Positions 12,192 to 26,021 of a DNA stretch of 64,000 nucleotides are shown here, in pieces. The notes beneath the pieces are model-generated. The model did not search any database. It had not been told where the DNA came from and was given only the letters and a program-made list of their open reading frames with translations. The DNA comes from Eledone cirrhosa. Its lineage: Eukaryota. The stretch's first letter is position 1. Every line of letters starts with the position of its first letter. Location: NCBI GenBank assembly GCA_964016885.1, contig OZ024741.1, forward strand, positions 384,586,001 through 384,650,000. The letters run 5' to 3'. Made by a program: the position numbers and the translations under genes.

Positions 12192-12797
12192 GTCAGGTCA
12201 CCAGTTGATGCTACTGGTAACATGTATCCCAGTACAACCTGTCCCATGGTCGGGTCGTTGGCGACTAAACTGGCAACTCCACCAAGGTTTCTTGGTGAGG
12301 AGGGTGACTTTGGACATCCTGCAGGACTAAAAGCAAAACCTGTCAAAGGGCAAAGGAGCTCTTAAGAGTCAATGGCCATCCAAAATCACCGGGAGAGATG
12401 ACCCCTTAGCCTTTGTCAAGGCAGAATTCTAGGAGAAGGAAAACTCTGATATAATACATGCAACCCTGATGGTATCCAATGATGTTGACTTGTTCTTCTT
12501 TTTGGTAAATATCATCTTGGTTAAGAGAGTGGGACTGGCTTTGTGCAGTGCCTTTGCTCACTATAAAAGCTTCACGGCGCAGGCATTGCTTTATATCTGG
12601 AGATCTCTCTGCACTTGTCATCACATGGTACCATGGGCCCAGCACTATGTGTCAATAATTATCACAAGTGTAGTGTTTGTACCAAAGTTTTCAAGTCGCT
12701 GGCTGGACTAAAAAGTCACACTCGTTCAGCGCATCGGTAGGGGTTCTCCTACATGGATATAAAGTAGTGGCCATACTCGAAAACGAGTTGGCAGCCA

Positions 12798-12799
<2 letters not shown>
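12192..12799 (+). mobile_element. ~600-bp non-coding interspersed repeat; second copy inverted at 40384-40992, diverged relative at 62423-62806
   Basis: High identity between the two copies. All start gtcaggtc, end in a terminal hairpin and are flanked by microsatellites. Confidence 0.85.
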
Positions 12800-12853
<54 letters not shown>

Positions 12854-12879
12854 ATATATATGTGTGTGTGTGTGTGCGC

Positions 12880-13212
12880 GTTGCTGAATTTGCTTAGCAA
12901 GATTATTGATGTGAAATCGTGTGTTGAAACCAATATTGTTATATTTGGGGATGGTTATGTTGCCATTACTGCCAATAAAAAGAAACACTCACACCATATG
13001 ATTTTCACATTATCTTTATTACTAATTATTCGTTTGTTCGTCAAAGTTCTTTCGTCACAGAATGTCACGTCATCGAAGAGGTCACAGTATATCTGACGAA
13101 AGAACTTTGACAAAATAACGAATAATAACCAATAAAGATTAAGTGACAATTATGTGGTGCGTGTGTCTCTCTTTATTGAAAATATTGGCAAAATATGACC
13201 ACCCACAAATAT
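12880..13212. repeat. Diverged foldback insert with one-sided tail; related foldback at 30850-31038
   Basis: Arms tatatttggg...gtcaaagttctttcgtca / tgacgaaagaactttgac...caaatata. Shares gaaatcgtgtgttgaaac(c/a)aatattgttatatttgggga with ~30880. Confidence 0.7.
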
Positions 13213-13440
13213 ATATATATATATACTTAGTTACAACATTGACATTATACAGGTACTTAAGTTTGGTTGGGTTATACACCCTAAATCATTCAGCCTTTGC
13301 TTTTATAACAGGCTGAATGAGTTGCACTGTATATGTCACTGTAGTAACTAATTATACTTAACTCGTCCTATGGACTGACTGCTCTTACCCTTGGATAGTC
13401 ATACCAAACTATTACTACAGTATATATATATATATATATA

Positions 13441-13491
13441 TGTAAGTATGTATGTATACGTACATACATATATGTATACAGACGTACAGTA

Positions 13492-13586
<95 letters not shown>

Positions 13587-14017
13587 CAGGTACACATATA
13601 TATATGTACGTATCAGTTTAGCGGACGTTTATTATAACGCCCGCTTTGTCCGTTTGTAAACAAACGGACAGCCTGATTTATGCCGTACGGTGTTAAGGCA
13701 ACCACGTCACCTTTTTGTTCAACACTGACACAGGAACGGTGTACTAGTTTCAAGCTTCTCAGCTATCATCAGCACCGTATACCCTTCTGCCAGATGGTTG
13801 AACGTTCGAAATTATATGCTTTCCTTATGAAAATTAACGGCTGAGCAGCCTAATTTGCATATCGAGTGAGTTCAGTCGGCCAGGCGCACCGAAAACGATA
13901 AGTTGAAATAGGATGAAACGAAATTTCATTTCTCACTCTTAGTACGGCACTTACTTAAATGTAAGTATGTATGTATACGTACATACATATATGTATACAG
14001 ACGTACAGTAGTATGTA

Positions 14018-14054
<37 letters not shown>

Positions 14055-14479
14055 GTACACATATATATATGTACGTATCAGTTTAGCGGACGTTTATTAT
14101 AACGCCCGCTTTGTCCATTTGTAAACAAACGGACAGCCTGATTTATGCCGTACGGTGTTAAGGCAACCACGTCACCTTTTTTGTTCAACACTGACACAGG
14201 AACGATGTACTAGTTTCAAGCTTCTTAGCTATCATCAGCACCGTGTACCCTTCTGCCAGATGGTTGAACGTTCGAAAGTATATACTTTCTTTATGAAAAT
14301 TAACGACTGAGCAGCCTAATTTGCATATCGAGTGAGTACAGTCAGCCAGGCGCACCGAAAACGATAAGTTGAAATAGGATGAAACGAAATTTCCTTTCTC
14401 ACTCTTAGTACGGCACTTACTTAAATGTAAGTATGTATGTATACGTACATACATATATGTATACAGACGTACAGTAGTA

Positions 14480-14521
<42 letters not shown>

Positions 14522-14566
14522 CAGGTACACATATATATATATGTACGTATCAGTTTAGCGGACGTT

Positions 14567-14618
<52 letters not shown>

Positions 14619-14729
14619 TACTACTGTACGTCTGTATACATATATGTATGTACGTATACATACATACTTACATTTAAGTAAGTGCCGTACTAAGAGTGAG
14701 AAATGAAATTTCGTTTCATCCTATTTCAA

Positions 14730-14732
<3 letters not shown>
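13441..14732 (-). mobile_element. Tandem array (~2.3 units of ~466-520 bp plus an inverted end piece) carrying minimal hammerheads; retrozyme-like
   Basis: Units start at ~13441, ~13960 and ~14426. Inverted piece at 14615-14732. One HHR per full unit. Confidence 0.8.
13736..13778 (-). ncRNA. Minimal type-I hammerhead ribozyme, intact; second copy at 14202-14244 with one stem-I mismatch
   Basis: Sense: acggtg CTGATGA t agct gaga agct t GAAA CTAG TA caccgt. 6-bp stem I and palindromic stem III. Confidence 0.88.
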
Positions 14733-14764
<32 letters not shown>

Positions 14765-14769
<5 letters not shown>

Positions 14770-14832
14770 AAAATTGGACGGGAACGAAAACAGAGAAGCA
14801 GACAAATAAAGGTATATTAGGTTCACGCTCTT
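14765..14832 (-). mobile_element. Isolated PLE 3' terminus matching 41786-41855
   Basis: agtgaaaaattg(g/a)acgggaac...cagaga...ttcacgctctt shared; both abut (TA)n. Confidence 0.7.
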
Positions 14833-14909
14833 AAAAATAAAATACCATGGACAAAAAAAAAAAAAATAACATGGACAAAAAAAAATAAAACATCATGGAC
14901 AAAAAGAAA

Positions 14910-15352
<443 letters not shown>

Positions 15353-15824
15353 GTCGTAATTCTGAATATCATAAAGAATAATAACCAAAAGGATATATAA
15401 ATATTGATATGTCCTGTCGAAGTAATAAAAACGCCCGCGAAAATTAGAAAATCCTAACAAATTTTGAAAGCCTAGGCATTACAATCTCTCTTGTCCACGC
15501 CATCAATGTTGTTCAAGAGAAAGGCAAAAGACTATACAGATTGACACTAGTGATGTCACGACTCATTTTTCTCCAGTTGAATAGACTGGAGCAACGTAGA
15601 ACAAAGTGTCTTTCTCGGGGACATAATGTGTCGTCTGATCCGAGAATTGAATTGACAATCATGAACGGAAAATATTTCACAAATCTACTTCTAATAACAT
15701 TGATATTTCTAGGATACAAGGGTAGGCAGAACATTTCATAGGTTGACTATGAAGGAGAGATATTAAAGCTGTAAATTTTCGCTTGCATTAATTTCAACTC
15801 TTCTTATTAATAACTACATTGTTA

Positions 15825-16045
15825 GGGCAGTGGATTGGCAGAATCGGTAAAAGATCGGACACCATGCCTTGCAGCATAGATTTATGGCCCTTTACGTTCT
15901 GAGTTCAAATCCCGCTGAGGTTAACTTTACCTTTCATCCTTACGTGGTCGATAAAATAAAGCACCAGTAACACTAGGATCGATTTAAACGACTTTGCCCT
16001 CCCATTCAAATTGCTGGCCTTGTGCTTAAAGTAGAAAAAATTAAT
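15825..16045 (+). mobile_element. SINE family A, plus-strand copies; others at 21700-21925, 21986-22200, 22214-22428, 28092-28282, 30435-30615, 30630-30785, 32017-32510 (tandem, partly duplicated) and 47643-47817
   Basis: Pol III A box tggcagaatcgg and B box gagttcaaatcc, followed by gcctttcatccttacggggtcgataaaataaag and an AT-rich end. Confidence 0.92.
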
Positions 16046-16366
16046 TACTATATTGTTTCTTTCCAGAGACTATGTTGAAAAATAATCCTCATTTGATCAT
16101 TCCATGAGAGTATCTTGGTCATCCTATAAAATTACGAACCTATAAACTTTTCAACCGACCTACGCATGTATCACACCACAAATTATTGTGGGAGTGGTAT
16201 ACGTAGTCGATTAGATTGACTCCAGTAAGAGAGCAGCATTTATGTTATAGACCCCATAGTGATAAAGAACAAAGTAGAATACGGTGGGGTTTGAATACAA
16301 AGAGATGTAATTAATTATCGGAAGACAGACAGGTTTTTACAAATCAACATAAACCAAGCACGAGGG

Positions 16367-16438
<72 letters not shown>

Positions 16439-16445
16439 ACACATT

Positions 16446-16502
<57 letters not shown>

Positions 16503-16727
16503 GTGTTCCTCTAGACATCTGCATAATGGAGTCAAAGCTGGAGTTTCTAAGGAGTCACTCGAGATGTTAGAATCTCTCTTTCATCACATACCCACATCTA
16601 AAGAGAAAGGACAAATTGAATTATGTAGTCCCAGAACACACTGTCCGGTCAAAAAGATATGGTCGTCAAGGCTTGAACACCTTTGATCATAAGTATACTG
16701 AATCAGGTCTCTAGCCGAGGGCTTCTC

Positions 16728-17465
16728 CTTCTTATCGTGTCCACAAGAGTGCCAGTTACAGAGCTTCGCTAGGTGTGGTTCCGCCACAGCTGAACACATT
16801 GCTGTCATTTCTCATTAAGCTCTGCCATGTCTATTGTTGTGCAAGGGCGTTCCAGTGGGGGGAGGGGGCATAGCAGGAGGTGCTGCGTAGTCTGTGGTTC
16901 GATTCCGCAGTCACACACAACGTCCCCATCTTTTAAATATCCCCATTTTGCAAGATTGACTTTTGCACGTCAAAGACCAAATTTTAGTCTGTTGAGGCAT
17001 TTCCACGCTGCATAGTTTGTGTTTGCTCGGAGGGTCAGTGCCTCTCTCGCCTTTAGCTCCATTGTTGTTACTCACGGGAGGTTGTTAAGATTTTCTTCCC
17101 AGCGAGTGACTTTTTCACTACTTATGCGTGATGTTCCAAGGTGCATGATGCTCTTTAGGGAACTTTTCCTGAATGTAAGGCGGCTTTTGGCTGGCATATA
17201 ACCGAAGAGAGGATGTTTTTGATCTGTAGTCTGTTGTTGACGCTCTTTCTTGCTTACTGCACTTCGTCGTATCTCTGGTGGGGCTATGCCTGCCAGGATA
17301 TGCAGACGGTTTGTTGGTGTACATTTCAGGCAGCCTGTGTTGAAGCGGCAGCTAGCATTGAAGGTGGGATCTAGCTTCTGAACATGGACAGCTCGCTCCC
17401 ATACTGGGCATGCATACTCGGCAGCTGAGTAGCAGAGAGCTAGTGCAGCTGACTGCACTAGCCGA
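16728..17465 (-). pseudogene. RTE-X-like LINE 3' fragment (post-RT region and zinc knuckle), decayed
   Basis: ALALCYSAAEYACPVW...LAGIAPPEIRR, then WKCLNRL and CDCG.EPQTTQHLLLCP in shifted frames. Confidence 0.8.
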
Positions 17466-19813
17466 GGGCTAAACAACAACAGCAGCATCATGCATATTGT
17501 ATAACCATAGCTAGTGATTAAGGTTGACGGCTGTCTATAACAATCTGGTATTGCAGGAAAAATCAACGCACACTTTCAGATAGACTAAGCAACATCTACT
17601 CCATTGCTCTACCGTCTAAAAATAACAGCCAAATATCTCTGATACGAATCAACCGCAACAAATGTATAGCTGACTGTTTTTGAACAGTAAAAAGATCTTA
17701 GAAATTGATTAAAATTGAATAATATAAATAGATTTAAGCAAAACTTTTTACTTATCTTTAATATATAATTCTTTGATTCAGCAATATCAGTCATAATTTA
17801 TATTTTATGCAAATATTGTGTGATTAGAAGACGGCGGTGGTACTTGAAAATTGAATCGAATGAGTAACTTTCACCGTATTTTTGACGACAAAAAATAATC
17901 TAGTAATGGTTTCTGATTTAGGCACAATGTCAACAATTTTGGCGGAGGGGAAAGTTGATTAAATCATCCCCAGTGAATTACTGGTACTTTATTTTATCGG
18001 CCCTGTAAGGATGAAAAGCAAAGCTAACTTCGATGGGATTTGAACTCAGGACGTAAAGGGCCGTAACTACATGCCGCAACATGTTGCTCAGTGCTCTACC
18101 AACACTGCTAATCCACCGACCTCAATGAAGCGTATAACAACTGCAAAATGATAATTTTTAGAATATTTGGAATTAAGCGAAAGGCCAGCGATTCGGAGGA
18201 AGCGAAAGTCTATTAAATCGACTCCAGCACTCGGTTGGTCATTTTTCCATTGACCTTGGAAGGCTGGAAGGTAAACTTGACCTTGGTGGAAATTTTATTC
18301 AGAAAGTAAAAGACCGGATGAAATGCCTTCAAGCATTTTTTTCCGATGCTCTAACTATTTTGCTAATCCACTAACCTTGCAAAATAAAAATAACAGCTGA
18401 TATTCTTGTTTGTTTTGTTTGTTTGTTTTTTGGCGGGGAGGGGGGTCATCCCAGGTTAGCCTTAATCGAACAGACCTGCGATCAAATATGTTTTAGTTCT
18501 GATCATCCCATCTAATCGAGCAAACCTACGATTAAAGCTGTTTCAGTTCTGAATATCCCATCTTATGTTTTCAGGAGGTGAATCTGAAACTACATTATCC
18601 AATGTGTCCTTCCTTATTAAAAACTGTAGGATATAAATTGAGGAAAATTTGGCATCTATTTCTAGCTGTTATGGCAGCCACGTAGAATTACCCGTGTGTT
18701 GACAAGTAACTAGGAGGGTAAAATACTTTTGGGGGTAAATATATAACAATCAATTAAACAGACTAGTCTGTGTGATTAAAAAGACAATAATGTGACTGGC
18801 TGATTATTAAAATGAATATATAGCTGGGATAGAAACTAAAGTGGAATCAAAGACGTTAGATAAAATAAAATATAAAAGCAACCAAACCTTAGAAAGGATT
18901 GGAGGAGAAATAATCGGTTTACAACTGTTGGCTGAAGCAGAATTAATCAGTTACAAAATGAAAAGCTAATCGACCGGAAGAAAAGTAATGAAGCTACTTA
19001 TGGAGTGTCGAAAAGTGTATGAAGTAGGAACATTAACTGATTGGTTTGTTTGATTCTTAATTAAGGAATTATTTAATTAAAGATTAAAGTTTTAATATCA
19101 GCAAGGGAGTTGCCGAAATAGAAATATTGAAATAGAGAGATAAAAATTAAAAAAATAGTTCGCTTGAGTGTATAGACTGAATATGTATTCATACGAGAGT
19201 TTTATCTCATTTCACTATTTTTTCAGCGATATTTTTTAATATATCCTTGTTTAGACCTAAAAACACTAAAAGGACTTATCAAGGTCAAATATATCGACTA
19301 ATATGTCCATACTCTTTTTTTTTCAGAGCTCTGGTGTCCTTGGTCCCCACAATACTGATCTCCTCGGTAAAATCGTAAGGACGGCAGCTCGTTTGAGGAA
19401 AGAGCCGCCGTGGGGTAGGGTGGCTGGTGTAACGTGTGTCTCTGGCTATTCCCTGCAGTAATGCCATTGCTATTTTCTTCTTCTTTCATTGCTTGGTTCT
19501 TCTTTTTCTTCTTTATTATTTCTTTTTTGTTCTCATCAAAAGATGGCGTGTTATATTTTTGTATAAACAGCTTTGCAGAATAAGAAAATATAAAGAATAG
19601 ATTAACAAAAAAGAATTCACAAGAAAATAATTGAAAACTTCATGAAATTTAGAAGTGCTGGGAATGAACGAAATTTGAAAATGTGAGAGTCAAAAATGCA
19701 GAAAATAACTGAAATAACAATCGATCACTATAAATAGTAGCTGAGAAAATTGGGTAAATTATCCTGAGAGACGGAAAAACAAGGCCCATAGACGCCCCTA
19801 TCTATTTTTCCCG

Positions 19814-20867
19814 AACCTTTCCCAGACTCGTCTCACTCACCGAGCTGCAATCCTGGGTCAAGCAAAGACCGAGAAAACTGGGCGCCTGGCACACTGAGTG
19901 TGCCCAGGCGCTCACCGCCCTCTGGCAGGCGGATCCGGTTATCAGTGGAGACTCCACCGCAACATTCTATAGAGGGCTGGTACGCAGCAGGTGCGACGAC
20001 GCCCTCGGAGAAGCCCTAGACATGGAGGAGGACGAACTGGCCAGCCTGTTCGGTAGGACATTCAGCCCGGGACCTATGGACAACTTCCAGAAGTCCCTGG
20101 CCTGGCAGTGCTACCGAGGGGCTTTACCCGTTCGAGAAAGGCTCTACAGACACGGGCGCCCGGGTAGGGACCCCGCCAAAAAGATCTGTCCCAGATGCGT
20201 GTGCGACGAGGAAACCGTTGCACACGCATTAGTACACTGCTCGGGCGTAGCCGATCTGTGGGGCTATGTCGAACAACTGCTGTCAAGGGTGGGACCGATC
20301 CGGTTGACCACCGAGTCTATTGTAATGATCAAGCCGCCTCCTCCCTTCAAAGATGAAGCAGAGGCGGTGTTTCTGTGCGTAATAGCCATGGCGAAAGAGG
20401 TTGTATGGTGGACGCGTCTGAAAGGACTGAGGTCGGGCACCTTTCTCTCTGGCCAACAACTGGTCCGTTTCTTCCGATATCATTTCGGAAGAAGGATCAG
20501 GATGGAGAGAGAGGTGCTGCACCCCAGCCGTTTCTATGAAAGATGGGTGAAAGTGGCGAGAATGGCCCGTGTGAATGGGCCTTCACTCTACATCAGACTA
20601 TAGGTGAGGAAGATGAAAGACCAAGGGAGCACCCCTTCTCTGTGCTCCTGAGGAGAAGGGTTGCACACTTTTTTCGGGGGTGTGTGCGACCCCCCAAGGC
20701 GCCTCCTCTCTATTGAGGATTTTGTTAAAAATTTTATTTTTTGTTATATCTTATTTTATTTTTATATTTTGTTATTGCCTCCTCCTTATTGAGGACGCCT
20801 TTTTGTGTAAACTCCCCCCTTTGTACTTGTCCCACTTTTGATGCCCTAGTGGCAAATAAAAGAAATA
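19814..20867 (+). mobile_element. Tx1-type LINE copy 3, 5'-truncated, with a 15-bp TSD
   Basis: Near-identical to copies 1 and 2 (ORF 20022-20603). TSD tatctatttttcccg at 19799-19813 and 20868-20882. Confidence 0.93.
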
Positions 20868-21164
20868 TATCTATTTTTCCCGTCTCTAAGAGTGGCCGAT
20901 TGTTATTGCAGTTTTTTCTGCGTTTAGGACTCTCATCTTCTCAAATTTAAAGAATACAATTTAAATCTTTAATAAATTACTTCATAAATTATTATAAATG
21001 ATTAATTATTTAAGTGTTTTATTGATTATTACATTAAGTAAAAGTTTCAGCAACTATATGGATTGGATTATTAAGAACAGTTCTTAACCAATACGTTGAT
21101 AACTTAAATATTAAACAATATTTCAGTTATTCACGTTAAAAAACCGTCTGCTAGTTTATTCTTC

Positions 21165-21590
21165 CTTCTCATCCCATCCTCATAGCTGAGAGTCGAGGGT
21201 CATGGACTTATGGATCAGCACTCTCCATCTTTTCCTGTCTCTTGCCATTGCCGTACATTCCGCCAAACTCCTTCCGGTCCATTCCTCAATATCATATGTC
21301 CATCTCCATCTCTGCCGTCCCCTGGGCCTTTTCCCCTGTATTTGTCCCTCAAGGATGTGGGTTGTCAAATTTTTGGCCCTGATGACATTACCAAAATACT
21401 GAAGTTTCCTTTTCTTTGCTATTTCAACCAACTGTTGAATGGCACCAATTTCTTCCAGGATAGATTTATTTGTTCTGTGAGCTGTCCAGCTAATTCTAAA
21501 TGCACGCCTATAGCATGACATTTCAAATTCACTCATTCGTTTCAAGTCAAATGGCTTTAAAGTCCATGACTCACAACCATATAAAGCTAG
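21165..21590 (-). pseudogene. RTE-clade LINE 3' fragment
   Basis: LYGCESWTL...FEMSCYRRAFRISWT...KRKLQYFGNVIR...GKRPRGRQRWRW. Confidence 0.85.
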
Positions 21591-23639
21591 TTTATAACGG
21601 GAGTTAATCAGCTAAAGTGTACTATTCACGTGTTCTATTCACGGTTATATTTGTCTTTTAACTACTTTAAGAGGAAGTATCTAACATTAATATATATTTT
21701 CAGGGAGCGATAGGTTGATAGAAACATTAGAAAATTGGACAAATTTTTTTGCAGTATTTATTTCCACTCTTTACATTCTGTGTTCAAATCCCTCTGAAGC
21801 CAAATTTACATTTCATCTTCCCGAGGTCAATAAAACAAAGTACCAGTTACGTACTGGGGTCAGTATAATTGACTCCCCCCTCTACCCACAATTCTGTCCT
21901 TGTGCCTAATTTAGAAAGAAATATTATATACTTTTATAGAACTTTCTACACAGATTTTATATTATTATTTGTTGCTGTTGTTGTAGGGCGGTGGATTGGC
22001 AGAATCGGTAGAGCGCCAGACTCTATTCTTTGCAACATAAGTTTATGTTCCGAGTTCAAATCCCACCGAGGTTAACTTTGCCTTTCATCCTTACGGGATC
22101 GATCGATAAAATAAAGCACGAGTAACTTACTGGAGTCGATCTAATCGACTTTTCCCTCCCCAAAATTACTGGCCTTGAGCCTATACGAGAAATCATTATT
22201 TGTTGTTGTTGTAAGGCGGTGGATTGGCAGAGCGCCGGACACTATGATTTGCGGCATAACGCTATGGTCCTTTATGTTCTGAGTTCAAATCCCACCGAGG
22301 TTAGCTTTGCCTTTCATCCTTACGGGGTCGATAAAATAAAGCACCAGTAATTTACTGGCGTCGATTTAATCGACTTTCCCTATCCCCTTTAAATTGCTGG
22401 CCTTGTGCCTAAAGTAGAAACAATTATTTGGTGCTGTTTTTTTTTTTAAATCGCGTCACCTGTGAAGACACGTGCTTGTAGTGAATATTGACAGAAGATG
22501 TGGAATGTTAGTGGCAAGGGCATATTGGAGAGATTGTCATTTTGTTGAATAACACTCCTCGCGATTTTGCGTAAACTGCAATAGTAGTTTTAATTGTTAG
22601 CCACGAGGTAAGACTTATATTCTGGGTTGTTGATTGTTTGTGTTTTTGTTATTGTTTTGTTGTTTTCTTTTTTAGTATTTTATGTTTTTTGTTTTCAAAT
22701 GCAAAAATATTCATGTGAATGATATTCATCATGAAGTAAGCTGCTTGTTTTAATTTCAGATAATATCAACGATTTTAATTCACATAATAGATTCAATGTA
22801 CTATATATTGTATGTATATATATATATTAATATATGCTATATATATATATATATGTGTGTGTATTAATATATGTATGTATGTGTGTATATATATATATAC
22901 AGAGAGGGTGAGAAACAGATAGATAGATAAACAGATAGGTAGGTCAATAAATAAATAAATAGATAGATAGATAGATTGATAAATAGATATTCATTATATA
23001 TATACATATATATATATATATATACAATATAAGTAACTCCTTGATCCAAATCAATCACCTTTCTTTATACTTTCGGCAACAATCCATAGAATTTCTAAAT
23101 AAATACACTTATCTATACTTCTTACAAAACTATTTCATTTTTTGCTGCTCTTAAGCTGCTGACCGATTAAATAATACAGTACGTTCGTTTCTTGGAGCGA
23201 CAAAGCAAACTATGATAGTTTATTGATCTTCTTCGATCGGGCAAAAATACACTTATCACACAGCTTTAGACAATAGATGATTCTTGTTTTTTTTTTTCTT
23301 TTGAGACACAGGCTTAAACAGGAATCCCATCAATAAAACGGCCATGCTATTGACGAAAAAATATGGTTATTTTGCAAAATGTAGCATATAAAATATATAG
23401 CCTCTACTTACTTGCCAGAACCTAACTATTTTCAAAGATACTTTTCAAATCTGATAGAAAAGATATGTTGCTTTATTTCCCGGATAACATTATTTTCTGG
23501 AATAATGTATTGATGTTGGAGGCACTGCAGCTATTCATTCTAAAGCATATATTCATTCATACTATATATATATATATATATATACACATAGCTGTGCACA
23601 CCTTTATGTATGTTAACTTATCGGCGCAAACCTCATCAA

Positions 23640-23679
<40 letters not shown>

Positions 23680-24090
23680 GTGTGTGTGTGTGTGGACACC
23701 TTTATGTATGTTAACTTATCTACGTAAGCCTCATCAAAGCAAAGGAAGACTGGGTGAAAGTCGACACCGTTAATGTAGTGTTTGAAGAAGTGAAAGAAGG
23801 TAATTAATGGAGACATATAGCAGATAATGAGGTTTGGAGAGATGCACATCTAAAAAGAGAGAAGAAAAAGAGATAGTGAGACTAAGAGTTAAAGAGTGAC
23901 AAAGATGAGCAGTTTTTGTTGTTTTGTTTTTCAGTTTATTGGATCTGGGGACAGAGTGATTGAGTGTAATAGGTGGTCCTTGAAAGTTAGGTGGAAAAGA
24001 GAGGATACTAATAGTTTCAGTAGAGGAATAGAATAGATTGATGCATTGAAATATATCTAAGTATATAGCATACACACACACACACACACG

Positions 24091-24122
<32 letters not shown>

Positions 24123-24144
24123 CACGCACACACGCACACAGACA

Positions 24145-24187
<43 letters not shown>

Positions 24188-24227
24188 GCACACACGCACA
24201 CAGACACGCACACACACACACACAGAG

Positions 24228-24333
<106 letters not shown>

Positions 24334-24969
24334 GGAAAGTTATATTTAAATTGTTGGGTTACAACTAGTAAATATTAATAACTGATATGAAAGCACTCGA
24401 CAAGTATTTGGAGTATATTTACGATATTAAATAAATGGAAACTATATTTATAAAACCATATTTATTTCGTTATATATATTTCAGGGATATCATATTAACA
24501 ATATGCTATGCCTTCCTCAGACAAAATACAATATAAACAGTTTTATAGATAAATAGATTTGACATACCGTACAACATCGACTTGTATTTGAAAAGTTGAA
24601 TTGGCAGTGAAAAAATTGTAGACAGAAAGAAAGAAAGAGAGAAAAAAGGAAAGAAAAACAGAAAACGAAGAAAAAGAAGAAAAAGAAGAAATGCATGGAA
24701 CAAAATAGAGAGATGGAAAGATAGATAAAGAGAAGAACTTCATGTAAAGAAACAGAGAGAGATATATATAGAGAGAGGGAATAGATAGAGATAGATATAT
24801 ATATAGAAAAATATGTAGTTGGACATCCGTTGAGTAAACGTATCAATGATACATTTATTTATTTATTTATTTATTTATTTAGCTCTAGTATTAATGTAAG
24901 GGAGATATATGTGGTTAGGAGAGAAACCAGCTGTTATATAGAGAGAAAAATGAAAAGTCACCAGAAATT

Positions 24970-26021
24970 GAGAACAACCATAGAATAGTCAATTTCCTAG
25001 ATATAACATTAAATCTCAACACATGTCTTCACTATCCTTTTCACAAGTTGAATGAAAACTTAAACTATGTCAGCTTTAACTCTAACCACCCCAGATCTGT
25101 CAAAAACACTATAGTAAACTCTGTTCAAAAACGTATCTCTAGAATCTCGTCTAATAGAAAGATTTTCGACGAAAAAGCCCAGTACTACAATGAAGCGTTA
25201 GCTAGAGCAGGATATACTGATAAGATTAAGTACATAGATAATGATAGACAAACTAAACAAAATAACAACTATTTTAATTACGGCAACAACCTTAACAACT
25301 ATAATAGAAAGCATTACAATAATTCCATGGGCCAAAAAAGAAATAGAACTAGGAACATAATTTGATTTGCCCCCCTTTCTCACTAAACATTAAAACCCAC
25401 ATCGCTAAACTATTTTTTAAAGCTCTTGATAATCGCTTCCCTAGAACACATAGGTATCACTCAATTTTCAATAGACATACTATAAAATTAACCTACTCAT
25501 CCACCAAAAATTTAGCACAAAATATTAATAGAATAAATAATAGGAACTTAAAACCTAGTGATAATAGCATAAATAATATACAAGTTAACAAATGTAACTG
25601 TAGAGATAGATCTAAATGTCCGTTAAATAACAACTGCTTAGTTAAAAATATAGTATACAATTGTAATGTTAAAACTGATTCTAATTCTTTTAACTACGTC
25701 GGTTCCACATCGACGGAATTTAAACTTCGCTATAATAACCACAAGAATTCTTTCACAGATCCAAGCAAAAAATCTTCAACGGCACTTTCAGGTGTACTCT
25801 GGCAACTTAAGCTAGATAACGTTAGATATTCGACGGCTTGGAATATAATCTCAAGAGGGATTCCTTTTAATTCATCCTCTGAGACATGTGACCTCTGCGC
25901 AGAGGAGATATTCTTTATACTAAAATCTAAAAATTCCCTTAATCTACGGACAAATTTATTCAGTTGCTGCAAACATAGATTAAACTCAACTTTTAAATAT
26001 AAATTTAAATTTAAAATGTAG
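24970..26021 (+). pseudogene. PLE RT thumb, linker and GIY-YIG endonuclease; stop and frameshift at ~25363
   Basis: VNFLDITLNL, SNHPRSV, RNII(W)F.PPFS, CNCRDRSKCPLNNNCLVKNIVYNC...YVGSTSTEFKLRYNNH, CDLCAEE, CCKH. Confidence 0.9.

Noticed and set aside
12215-12290. HDV-like or twister ribozyme at the 5' end of the 600-bp repeat
   Set aside because: ccagt/actgg and ctaa suggest P2 and J4/2, but no P1 was found and the pairing is lost in the 62423 relative. Kept only as an open question.
15825-15915. tRNA genes at A-box/B-box sites
   Set aside because: These are SINE heads with no full cloverleaf, always followed by the SINE body.
25363-25365. In-frame TGA in the PLE ORF as selenocysteine or programmed readthrough
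   Set aside because: It sits at the Trp of the IIWFxPP motif (TGG>TGA) and is followed by a frameshift, which indicates simple decay.
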